DNA of 64,000 nucleotides. Origin: Flaccisagitta enflata (lineage: Eukaryota). The notes beneath the pieces were generated by a model that saw nothing but the letters and a program-made list of their open reading frames with translations, made no database searches and was not told the origin of the DNA. Positions 39,722 to 64,000 of the stretch are shown here, piece by piece (the stretch's first letter is position 1; the number at the start of each line of letters is the position of its first letter). The stretch covers positions 17,546,001 to 17,610,000 of the forward strand of contig OZ231126.1 of assembly GCA_965153355.1 (NCBI GenBank), read 5' to 3'. Position numbers and translations under genes: made by a program.

Positions 39722-41331
39722 AATAACTTCCTCATAACGGATCCAAAAGTAAAGGAAATCATTCTGGAAAAGAAATGCATTTCAGTCTCCTGCAATCATT
39801 TGCGAATGGTACTCTGATAGTTACATAGAGTTTTGGAATAGAGTGAGAGGGAATGTTATTCAAATCCTGTTTTATGGAAAACTAGGAGTGATGCGCGTAG
39901 TAACTAGTCAGTGAAGGCTCACAAGGCCCCCTTCCATTTGTTTTAGTCTGGGTATAGTGAGGGATGTTGTTCCACCTATCATAAACCCGTCCCATACAGT
40001 CCTCAATGAGTTTCACAGAGGGAGTTAGCTGTACCCAAAATATCCTGATTTAAGGAGAATATATGTTTAAACTTTTAGACAAACCGACAAAGACAGACAT
40101 ACAGAAAGCAATAGCATCCTGTGCGTGCATGTGCACATCTGTGTGAGATCGCTTTTTCGATAAGGAAAGAAAATCACGCGCTTTAAGTTATTTAAACCCT
40201 TTGAAGAATTCGATATAACTCGGGTCTAACGCCTACTACGCCTTCTACCTCTGACGCATACGCACGTGCGGCCACACACCCACACTGACGCACGTGCCAT
40301 ATCGCAGGCTCCATCCAGCAATCGACATCGTATCCCGCTGTGCTATCGACAACGTGGTTCGAGTAGACCACACACGTATCTTCAAACTTCCCCTTATTAT
40401 TTTTCCACCGACACCGCCTCTTTCCACGTTCATTTGGACAAGTACCCCGTTTCGAGTAGTTGCATTAAAGGCAAGGTGTGTGGCATCAGACAAATCCAAC
40501 GAAGAGACAAGCAAGTGGAACTCTATGCAAACAAGTATCTCTCGAATGTATTGATTCATCTCTATCACGGGAAAAGTTGGTTGGTTGGTGAGAGGGTTTA
40601 AGACTATGGTACTTGGGATAGAAAGTCATCGGTCGGTACGCAAGAGGAAATATGTGTTGATAATTCTTAGATTACTAATAACAAGAATGAATGCACACAC
40701 GTGTCCAATTCAAGCCTTATTATTATACAGGGTTCCACTCATGTCGTGTCTCATTGTCTCAACCATTGAGGCTTGAAAAATCATTGTGAGTGACTATTTC
40801 CTCTGATTTTTTTTCATTCTTTTTTGTTGCCCCAAATGAGAAAAGAAATAAAAATCCTTCCATTGAAAATTCAAATAGTCTCTAGAATTTGAGAGCCTTC
40901 CCTCTTTGAATTAAGGCAAACACGTTAATTTTCTTATCTTTTTTCCCTTTTGCTTACCTAAAACTTTCCCCGCTTCTTTTTCCACCAGAAAAGGGGAAAA
41001 ACTAAACGAGAGAAAAGTTTTAAGAGTTGAAGGGGGGGGGGGAGAGATGAGGAAGGAGTGAAGAAATCAATGGAATAATTTGCTTGAGCAAAGAGAGCCT
41101 TTTTTTTCAATGTGTAACCAGCGCATGCAATCTAGACTGCGAGTCGTCCAAAGTGATATTGGGTCAACATTTAGAACCATTATTGAGACTGTCTTTCGCG
41201 CTTCAGCCAAATTAGCAACTGAGAAAAAAAATGGTTAAAAGGTTGACTCCGTGCGTGCGTTTGAGTTAAGACTTTTTGCATAGCTTCAACAAAAAGAAGG
41301 GGACAGACGTGACAAACTGTTGGTTACGAAT

Positions 41332-41389
<58 letters not shown>

Positions 41390-43914
41390 ACTTGGGTAAT
41401 TGTTAAATCGGATCTACAATATGCTGTGCAAAAAGTTGTGCGTTCAGATTATCAGGTACATGTTCTGGTAGATGTTATGTACATGATCATAAAAGATGGC
41501 CACTTCATTCTCTTCTCATTCATCGGTTATCAACAAAAGAGAAACTTTATTTCGGGGGATTTTTATGCAAATTAGTTATTTGCGCGTGGATTGTTTGCCA
41601 CGGAGCTGCCCAGCCTAAAAACGACTCCACGACTCCGACCTGGATTTCTCTCTCTCGGACTTGAAGAGATAAGACGAGATAAAAACGCGATCATGAACAC
41701 GCATAAATTATTCAACACGCAGACAGGAAGGAGTTTTAAGTTGCGTGCGCAGATCTATCGCACACGCGTTATCTCTCTTCTCGTTCATTCATGCGCATGT
41801 AACTGTAGTTACATCTTTTATTGCGTGTAAGTTATCTTAACACGCATTTGCATGACCCGACATCAGGCTGAGAGTTAAGGAGGGGAATGGTAAAGGAAAT
41901 GGGGCAGAACGCTTCGATACGACGCGGCCGCGACAAGGGCCAAGACAAGGTCAGTTAAAAAAGAAACTGCTCAACTGAACATATAAATGGAAATCTATAT
42001 GAAACCGGAAGCAAGCAGAAAATGAGAAGAATTTTCCCTCCTTAAGATTCGTCGAAGGAAGCAAGAACTGTATGATAGTAATGACTTCACAATCTGAAAT
42101 CTCTGACCCTATTTATTGCTAGAGCTGCATCTTGGTCGGGGATGCGATTGAAAATAAACATTGGTAAATAGTTTTCCTAACTCTTCATCCGGTCAGAGTG
42201 TCTTATAATTCTTCCTTTAATCTCGAGCTCAATCTCAGGACATACGGCAGTCCAATAAACGGTCTGTAGTCTTCGAGTTAAGCGACAGTCAGGTCTGTCC
42301 GGCCAAGCTGCCATCGTTGAGCTCTGTCCGGCAAAGTTGTCGTTATTCTGCCCGTTGGCCGGCGTCCCGGCGTTCCGGCGTCCCGGCGAGAAAAATATCA
42401 AAGGCTGAAAACCGTTGCCGCCTTTGAGCAAACAAAATGAAAATTCCCCCGCTTAAGTGTCGCGAGGTGCGAAAAGTTTAGTCGCCAAACACTTTTTATA
42501 TGCAAATGCACGACCTTGCCCCAGATATATATCATCATTTACATATAAAAGCACCAGGAGAAAAGACGATCTAGCGGAGGGACAGACGGACAAAGTCACA
42601 GACAGGCCACACAGATCGACCGACCGAAAAATTGACGGACACACAGGCTGACAAAAACCGATTAATCAGATGGTAAGAATTTCAACCCAGAAATGAAATC
42701 TCGAACACAGGATAAAGTCATGTCACCGCGTGACTTAATTCAGACGAATGATAAAGAATCGACAATTAGGTCAAACATCAGAAAGTGAATCCAGATGAAA
42801 GCTGTATGTCGATGACATCGATACTGACACAGGCATATCGATACTGACACAGGCAGATTGTGGGTCAAAACCATTTCATTCTTAAGACAAAATTACCGTT
42901 TCAATCGGCGGGTGACAAATTGACAAATTGAGACTAAGAAGCAACTTTGTTCTAGCTTTAGTGTGGTCTTTAGGGCAGCTGCACGTAGGATTCTGGGTCG
43001 ACTCGAGGTGGGCCATTAGAATAGAAAAGACTTTCTTCTTTGGAGGTCAAAACGCTGATCAAGTCGAGGAAAATCCAGGACTCAGTATTTTGTCCTGGAT
43101 TTTATTGTAACTGGGTTTTTCAGATCACGTTATTTATGCCAATTTCCTACCGGCCTAGGAAATATGTTCAAGAATAAGAAGAACAACAATTTTTTGTTCA
43201 AAAACGTAGACCTACTCTTGATATCCCACCAATTCTCAGAACAAGAATTTATGAAAAGGTTATCAAAACTAATCTGAGTATTCAGAAAGTTGATTGCGGT
43301 TGAAAAAAAAAACAATGCACACAGTACCTGAAGACGACGCAATGGGAACCCCAAGACAAAAAAAAAAGACGCTATGACGAAATAAAGATGAAAATCCAAT
43401 TTTACCAATGAGGTGAATTAATGAAATTAAGACGTGCATTGAAAAAGGGCCAAGAACTAAGTTTTAATGATGTCGAAATAATTTCTTCGCTGTTCTTCAG
43501 CTACTGTCTTTAGCAAAGAGTTATGAGTTTATTTGTTTGTTTTTTTTTAGATCTTTGACTGATGAAGATGAAGGCTGTGCTTGGGAGTGAAAAGCGGAGA
43601 ACAAACGAATCGCACGCGCGATCGAGCCGGACACCTAATTCTTAACAAATTCGCACTCACTCGCACGCTCTCATTCTCTCCATCTTTCTTTCTTTCTCTC
43701 TCTCTCTCTCTCTCTCTCCAATTGCCTAATCACCCGCGCAGATTAAACCTAACTACATTTAAGCATTTCCCTCAAACTAACTGACAAATCAACCAACAAA
43801 CCGATTGTAAAAAAAAACCTATAGTGATCGTTAGTTTGCACGCGACAAAATCCACATGAAGACGCAATGACGCGCGAAGGAACAAATGGCAGAGGACAAT
43901 AAAAGTTGGGACAG

Positions 43915-44023
<109 letters not shown>

Positions 44024-45106
44024 ACCAAATGTCAGGATGCGGGGTAAGTCAAATGTCAGAGAGAAAGAGAGAAAGAAAAGAGCGAAAGAGCGAGAGAGAG
44101 AAAAGAGAGGAAGAGAGCTAAGGATTTTTTCAAGGGGGGGGGGGGGGTGGGAGAGGGAAATACGTAAAGTACCCTCGCCCGTTGATTGGCGAATTGGGTG
44201 AGTTTCAGCAAAAGACGAGGTTGATTGGATGCAAAGAAAAGTAAAGCCCAAAGGCAAAGGGACGTTGTCAACGGCAAAAGGTCAGCAAAAATTGGAAGGA
44301 ATCAGTTGGGATGAAGAGGAGGAAGAAAAAGAAGTAGAAAAAGATGAGGAAATAGCGAATGAAAAAGCAGAAGAAGAAGAAGAAGAAGAAGAAGAAGAAG
44401 AAGAAGAAGAAGAAGAAGAAGAAGAAGAAGAACAAGGAGAAGAAAATGAAAAAAAGGAACAAAAAGAAGAAGCCGAAGAAAAAGAAGAAAAAGAAAAAGA
44501 AGAAAAAGAAAAAGAAAAAGAAAAAGAAGAAAAAGAAAAAGAAGAAGAAGAAGATAAAAAGAAAAAGAAGAAGAAGAAGAAGAAGAAGAAGAAGAAGAAG
44601 AAGAAGAAGAAAAAGAAAAAGAAAAAGAAAAAGAAAAAGAAAAAGAAAAAGAAAAAGAAAAAGAAGAAGAAGAAGAAGAAGAAGAAGAAGAAGAAGAAAA
44701 AGAATAGGAAGGAAAGGAACAAGAAGAAGAAGAAGAAGAAGAAGAAGAAGAAGAAGAAGAAGAAGAAGAAGAAGAAGAAGAAGAAGATAAGATGAAGGAG
44801 AATGAGGACAGGGAGAAGAAGGAGAATATGAAGAAGGAGAAGAGAGAGAAGGAGAAGAGGAAGATGATGATGATGAAAAAGAAAAAGAAAAAGAAAATCG
44901 GAAGCGGGAAGGCCGAATTGTGGAGGCGGAGTGGGCGGCAGTGGAAAAGTAAAACTAAGGAAAAGTCAACATGACAGGCATGATCGAGTTGGGCAGAATT
45001 GCAAGTCAGAAACATGAAACTTGTTTGTTCTTTAAAGATCGTCGTAAGAAACGTTGTTCTGATCTCACCCTAATTTGCATGAAGCAGCTGATACTCCTGC
45101 TAAAGT

Positions 45107-57638
<12,532 letters not shown>

Positions 57639-57713
57639 CTGAAAAGGGGAGAAAACATTCAGAAAATGGCAAATGAATGTCTTAAGGACGTTTTCTTTGG
57701 AAAGATGGATCCT

Positions 57714-60700
57714 CATGTACCCCGCCCTCATGTACCCCAAAATGAGAAACTGGCTCTATATAGTGGGATTTTTTAATATGTACCCTCCATGTACCCCTAC
57801 ACAATAGCCTGGGGATTGATCTCTCATGTACCCTAAGTTATGCTCATGTACCTTTCATTGAAACTGGGGATTGATCCCTCATGTACCCAAAGTAACCCTC
57901 ATGTACCCCTTTTATTGAGAGTGGGTTTCAATCTCTCATGTACCCCTCATGTACCCCCTTCTATTCTCCATGTACTCTTCATTGAGACTGGGTTTCGATC
58001 TCTCATGTACCCTTCATGTACCCCCTTTGCTTCTCCATGTACCCTTCATTGAGACTGGGGTTTGATCTCTCATGTACCCCCCATGTACCCACTTCGATTC
58101 TCCATCAACCAATGCAAATTCCATGTTACATGACATGACATGCTATCTCGGAAACCGTTGATCGTAGAGCTTTCTAAGTGTCACCAAAAGTTCCATTTGA
58201 CAACTAGATGTAAGTTGATGTTAGACATGTCACAACATAAGCTGAGATAAATAGTTCCAGAGTAATAATGTAAAAACTGAAACTCACCATAATATGCAAA
58301 TGAGGAGAGCCTTTATTGAGACTGTGTTTCGATCTTTCATGTACCCCTCATGTACCCCATTCCATTCTCCATGTACCCTTCATTGAGATCGGGGTTTGAT
58401 CTCTCATGTACCCCTTATGTACCCCCTTTGCTTTTTCATGTACCCTACAATGAGACTGGGTTTTGATCTCTCATGTACCCCTCATGTACCCCCTTCTCTT
58501 CTCTATGTACCCTTCATTGAGACTGGGTTTCAATCTCCCATGTACCCCTCATGTACCCCCTTTCTTTTCTCCGTGTACCCTCATTGACACTGGGTTTTGA
58601 TCTCTCATGTACCCTCATGTACTCCCTCTTACTCCATGTACCCTACACAGACTGTTTCGATCTCATGTACCCCTCATGTACCCCCTTCTCTCCTCTATGT
58701 ACCCTTCATTGAGACTGGGTTTCGATCTCTCATGTACCCTCTATGTACCCCCTTGCTTCTTCAAGTTCCTACAATGAGACTGTTTTGATCTCATGTACCC
58801 CCATGTACCCCTTTCTTTTCTATGTACCTTCATTGAGACTGGGTTTCAATCTCTCAACCCTCATGTACCCCCCTTTCTTTTCTCCATGTACCCTTTTGGG
58901 ACTGTTTTGAGCTCTCATGTACCCCTCATGTACCCCCTTCTTATCTCCATGTACCCTTCATTGAGGTTGGGTTTTGATCTCTCATGTACCCCTCATGTAC
59001 CCCATTCCATTCTCAATGTACCCTTCATTGAGACTGGGGTTTGATCTCTCATAACCCCTCATGTACCCCCTCCTTATCTCCATGTATCCTTCATTGAGAC
59101 GGGGTTTCGATCTGTCATGTACCCCTCATGTACCCCCATTGTTTCTCCATGTACCCTACAATGAGACTGGGTTTTGATCTCTCATGTACCCCTCATGTAC
59201 CCCATTCCATTCTCCATGTACCCTTCATTGAGACTGGGGTTTGATCTCTCATGTACCCCTCATGTACCCCGTCTTTATCTCCATGTATCCTTCATTGAGA
59301 CTGGGTTTCGATCTCTCATGTACTCCCTCTTTATTTCCATGTACCCTACAATGAGACAGGGTTTGGATCTCTCATGTACCCCTCATTTACCCCCTTTTGG
59401 GCAGCGGCCCCGAAGGGGCCGATGACCTATGCTTTCACACAGGAGAAATTTCTCCTCCGTACCCCCCCTCCTCCTCCGTCCCCCCCCATACCCCTTCAAG
59501 ACCAAATCTCAGCCTTGAGGTCCAAATCCCAGCCTTGAGGCCCAAATCCCAGCCTTGAGGCCCAAATCCCAGCCTTGAGGCCCAAATCCCCACCTTTAAG
59601 CTCAAATCCCAGCTTCAAGGCCCCAATTCCAGCCTCCAGGCTCAAATAAAAACAGCATAGGTCATCGGCTCCTTCGGGGCCGCTGCCCCTCTCACCACCT
59701 CACACCCTCATACACATAGGGGCAACGGGTACCGCTGACCATCTAACGCTTCTTCTTCTTCTTCTTCTTCTTCTTCTTCATCTTTGTTTTCTTCTTCTTC
59801 TTCCTTTTAGCAGCTTCTGATCTGCCAATGACCTATGCTTTTCACACAGGGCAAATTTCTCCCTCCTCCTTCTCTCTCTCCTTCTTCCTCGCTTTGGCCT
59901 CGAGACTCCAACTCCCAGCCTCAGGCCCAAATCCCAGCCTCAAGGCCCAAATCCCAGCCTCAAGGCTCAAATCCCAGCCTCAAGGCCCAAATCCCGGCCT
60001 TGAGGCCCAAATCCCAGCCTCAAGGCCCAAATCCCAGCCTTGAGGCCCAAATCCCAACCTTGAGGCTCAAATCCCAGTCTCGAGGCTGAAATCCCAGTCT
60101 CGAGGCTGAAATCCAAGCCACGTGGCTCAAATCCCCACCTTTAAGCTCAAATCCCAGCTTCAAGGCCCCAATTCCAGCCTCCAGGCTCAAATAAAAACAG
60201 CATAGGTCATCGGCTCCTTCGGGGCCGCTGCCCCTCTCACCACCTCACACCCTCATACACTCACATAGGGGCAACGGGTACCGCTGACCATCTAACGCTT
60301 CTTCTTCTTCTTCTTCTTCTTCTTCTTCTTCTTCTTCTTCTTCATCTTTGTTTTCTTCTTCTTCTTCTTCTTCTTCTTCCTCTCCTTTTGGGCAGCGGCC
60401 CCGAAGAGGCCAATGACCTATGCTTTCACACAGGGCAAATTTCTCTCCTCCTCCTTCTCCTTCTCCTTTGCCCCCCCGCTTTTGGCCTCGAGACCCAACT
60501 CCCCGCCTCAAGGCCAAAATCCCAGCCTCAAGGCCCAAATCCCAGCCTCAAGGCCCAAATCCCAGCCTCAAGGCCCAAATCCCAGCCTCAAGGCCCAAAT
60601 CCCAGCCTTGAGGCTCCAATTCCAACCTAGAGGCTCAAATCCCAGTCTCTAGGCTCAAATCTCAGCCAAGAGGCTCAAATCCCTGCCTCTAAGCTCAAAT

Positions 60701-62680
60701 CCCAGCTTCAAGGCCACGATTCCAGCCTCCAGGCTCAAATAAAAACAGCATAGGTCATCGGCTCCTTCGGAGCCGCTGCCCCTAACACCATCTCACACCC
60801 TCATACACTCACTTAGGGGCAACGGGTACCGCTGACCATCTAACGCTTTTGCGACTATTTTATCTCCATGTACCCTACAATGAGACTGGGTTTCCATCTC
60901 TCATGTACCCCTCATGTACCCCCTTCTCTTCTCTATGTACCCTTCATTGAGACTGGGTTTCCATCTCTCATGTACCCCTCATGTACCCCCTTCTCTTCTC
61001 TGTGTACCCTTCATTGAGACTGGGTTTCGATCTCTCATGTACCCCTCATGTACCCCCTCCTTATCTCCATGTACCCTTCATTGAGGTTGGGTTTTGATTC
61101 TTCATGTACTCTCTCATAAATTTCTTTATCTCCATGTCCTTCATTGAGACTGGGTTTCGATCTCTCATGTACTCTCATGTACCCTGTTGTTTCTCCATGT
61201 ACCCTACAAAGACTGGTTTTATCTCATGTACCCTCATGTAACCCCATTCTCTATATACTTCATTGAGACTGGGTTTCGATCTCCATGTACTTATGTAAAA
61301 TTTCCTTATCTCCATGTAACCTTCATTCATTGACATCTTTCATCCCTCATGTACTCTTTCTATCTCCATACCCTTCATTGAGGCTGGTTTTGATCTCTCA
61401 TGTACCCATCATATACCCCATTCTATTTTCCATGTAGCCTTCCCATTGAGACCCGGGCCCATGGCCTCATGTACTCCCTGCCATAATCTCCATAACCCAT
61501 TGAGACTAAAGCCACCCTGTGGCCATACCCCCTCTTATTTCATGTACTTACAATGAGACTGGTTTGGGATCTCATGCACCCTGCGTACCTCCCCTTCTCT
61601 TTCATTTCACTCCCTTCATTGAGACCGGGAGTTCTGATCTCCTCATGTACCTCATGTTCCCCTCTTCCTTTTTCTATTTACCTCTTCATTGAGCCTGTTC
61701 TGATCTCATGTACCTTCATGTACCCCCTTTGCTTCTTCATACCCTAAATGAGATCTGATTTCCATTCATGTACTTTCATGTACCCCCTCTTCTTTCTATG
61801 CACCCTTCATTGACTTGGTTTTGATCTTCATATACCATGTGTTCTCATATTCTTATTCTCAATGTTCCTTCACTGAGATTTAGGTTTGATCTTCTTACCT
61901 CATACTTTGTCTCCATGTATCCTTCATTGAGACTGGGTTTGATCTCTCATACCCTCATGTACCATTATTTCTCCATGCAGTTTCCTACACGAGACACATC
62001 TTCATGTACCCCCATGTACCATTTATATTTTTCATTGATATCGGCATCTCATGCCTCACAAACCCTCTTGTTACCTCGATGTACCCTTCATTGAGGCTCA
62101 GATTCCATCTCTCATGTACCTCTCATGCACCATCTCCTTATCTCCATGTACCCTTCATTGAGACTGGGTTTTGATCTCTCATGTACCCCTCATGTACCCC
62201 CTTTGCTTTTTCATGTACCCTACAATGAGACTGGGTTTCCATCTCTCATGTACCCCTCATGTACCCCCTTCTCTTCTCTATGTACCATTCATTGAGACTG
62301 GGTTTCGATCTTTCATGTACCCCTCATGTACCCCATTCCATTCTCCATGTACCCTTCATTGAGATTGGGGTTCGATCTCTCATGTACCCCTCATGTACCC
62401 CCCTCTCTTCTCTATGTACCCTTCATTGAGACTGGGTTTAGTTCTCCCATGTACCCCTTATGTACCCAATTCCATTCTTCATGTACCCCTCCTTGAGACT
62501 TGGGTTCGATCTCTCATGTACCTCTCATGTACCCCCTTCTCATATCCATGTACCCTTTTATTGAGACCTGGTTTCAATTTTCCATGTGCCCCTCATGTAC
62601 TCCCTTCTTATCTCCATGTACCCTTCCTCGAGACTGGGTTCTGATCCTTCATGTACCCCTCATGTACCCTTCTATTCTCT
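57714..62680. repeat. 67-bp satellite (CTCTCATGTACCCCTCATGTACCCCCTTCTCTTCTCTATGTACCCTTCATTGAGACTGGGTTTCGAT)n
   Basis: Period 67 (e.g. 60901 to 60968); interrupted at 58105-58310 and 59399-60857; degenerate at about 61100-62100. Confidence 0.9.
59399..60857 (+). mobile_element. Three head-to-tail family B elements (59399-59749, 59828-60299, 60390-60857)
   Basis: Repeated GATGACCTATGCT / (CCCAGCCTCAAGGCCCAAAT)n / GGGGCAACGGGTACCGCTGACCATCTAACGCTT modules separated by (TTC)n. Confidence 0.75.
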
Positions 62681-62903
62681 ATGTTTCCATCTGTCCGCAA
62701 ATGTCTTGCTGTGTTTCCTTCCTTTTTTTTCACATCTAACTATAATTTTTTCTTATGTATTATTGGGCTGGTTCACTTTGTTTCTCTTCAATAGGAGGAT
62801 GAGGGAAAAAAACATGGCTATCATCATAAATAATACTATGTTGTGAATGAGACAGTATCAATGTCATGGGCAAAACAATAAAGAGAAGATGCTACATCTA
62901 AAT

Positions 62904-63487
62904 AGTCGCAAAAGCGTTAGATGGTCAGCGGTACCCGTTGCCCCTATGTGAATGTATGTGTGGGAGAGGTGGTTAGAGGGGCAGCGGCCCCCGAAGGGGC
63001 CGATGACCTATGCTGCTTTTATTTGAGCCTCAAGGCTGGGATTAGGGCCTGGAGGCTGGAATTTAGGCCTCCGGACTGGGATTTGAGCCTTGAGGCTGGG
63101 ATTTGAGCTTCAAGGCTGGGATTTGAGCTTCAAGGCTGAGATTTGAGCCTCAAGGCTAGGTTTTGAGCCTCGAGGCTGGGATTTGAGCCTCAAGACTGGG
63201 ATTGAGCCTCGGAGGCTGGGAATTGAGCCGAGGTTGGATTTGAGCCTTGAGGCTGGGAATTGAGTCAAGGCTGGGATTGAGCCGAGGTTGGGATTTGAGC
63301 CGAGGCTGGGTTTTGAGCCGAGGTTGACGAGCCCGAGGCTGGGATTTGAGCCTCGAGGCTAGAATTTCGGCCCGGGAGGGGGGGGGGACGGAGAAGAAGA
63401 AGAAGAAGAAGGAGAAGAAGGAGGAGAAGGAGAAAGTTTCCCATATGTGTGAAAGCATAGGTCATCGGCCCCTTCGGGCCGCTGCCC
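62904..63487 (-). mobile_element. Family B element, complete; another copy starts at about 63872 (+)
   Basis: Same ends and 20-bp array as 20587-21069. Confidence 0.75.
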
Positions 63488-64000
63488 AAAAAAGGAAGAA
63501 GTGATTTAAAGAAAACTGAGAGCATTATAATGCTCCATATTTTCTTTGAATTACATACTTGGTTAATGGACCAGCCCACATGTGTATCATGCTATAATAA
63601 AATGAAACATTTTAGTGATTTTTGGAAGACACTTTTTTATTATATTATCAAGTATGTCTGTAGGATCATAATTTTTCTATTTCTGGTTTGTTATTTTGAA
63701 AAAAAGTTGAAACACGCAACTGTGGCCATGTTGGGCTTGTTTTTTTATCAGTTTCCAAACAGAATTATTTTCTTCCTACAATATGCCTTCCTTTGGATTC
63801 TGATTCCCTTCATTTATTCCATGGCAGTCAAACACACTCACTCACACACCATACATTAAAACTTTCCTTTTGGGCAGCGGCCCCAAAGGGGCCAATGACC
63901 TATGCTTTCACAAATAAGGGAAATTTCTCCTTCTTCTTCTCCTTCTTCTTCTCCTTCTCCTCCTTCTCCGTCCCCCCCCCCTCGAGGCCCAAATCCTAGT

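Noticed and set aside
40245-40601. Overlapping roughly 100-aa ORFs in a GC-richer patch
   Set aside because: No domain or reliable exon borders; cannot be supported without a search.

Overview
Repeat-rich eukaryotic DNA, probably from an invertebrate animal, with GT-AG introns, many (AG)n/(AAAG)n/(ATTC)n/(AAG)n tracts and one assembly gap (22441-22450). The main feature is a nested stack between 3232 and 18582. An intron of a + strand host gene (putative type II membrane/coiled-coil protein) holds a palindromic foldback DNA element (4115-18103, 4-bp TSD TTTC). The left arm of that foldback is split by an 11.2-kb element (4404-15600) carrying an apparently intact, spliced RAG1/Transib-like DDE transposase on the - strand. 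Five core exons (5574-12732) join in phase and show D-D-E, CxxC, HxxxxH and LH motifs in RAG1 order; three more 5' exons are tentative. The element has short, imperfect CA..TG ends, an apparent 2-bp TSD (unlike the 5 bp of Transib/RAG) and no visible RAG2-like partner. Its introns contain HINE/Helentron-like elements, MITEs and a 2.3-kb 13-bp minisatellite. The window also contains an inverted duplication (1-1703 / 22457-24321) next to the gap, many HINE-like and MITE insertions, an 18-finger C2H2 zinc-finger ORF with decayed 3' fingers (37024-38941), a multi-exon low-complexity gene on the - strand (45107-57638) and a 67-bp satellite (57714-62680). All calls are by eye; no database searches or alignments were run.
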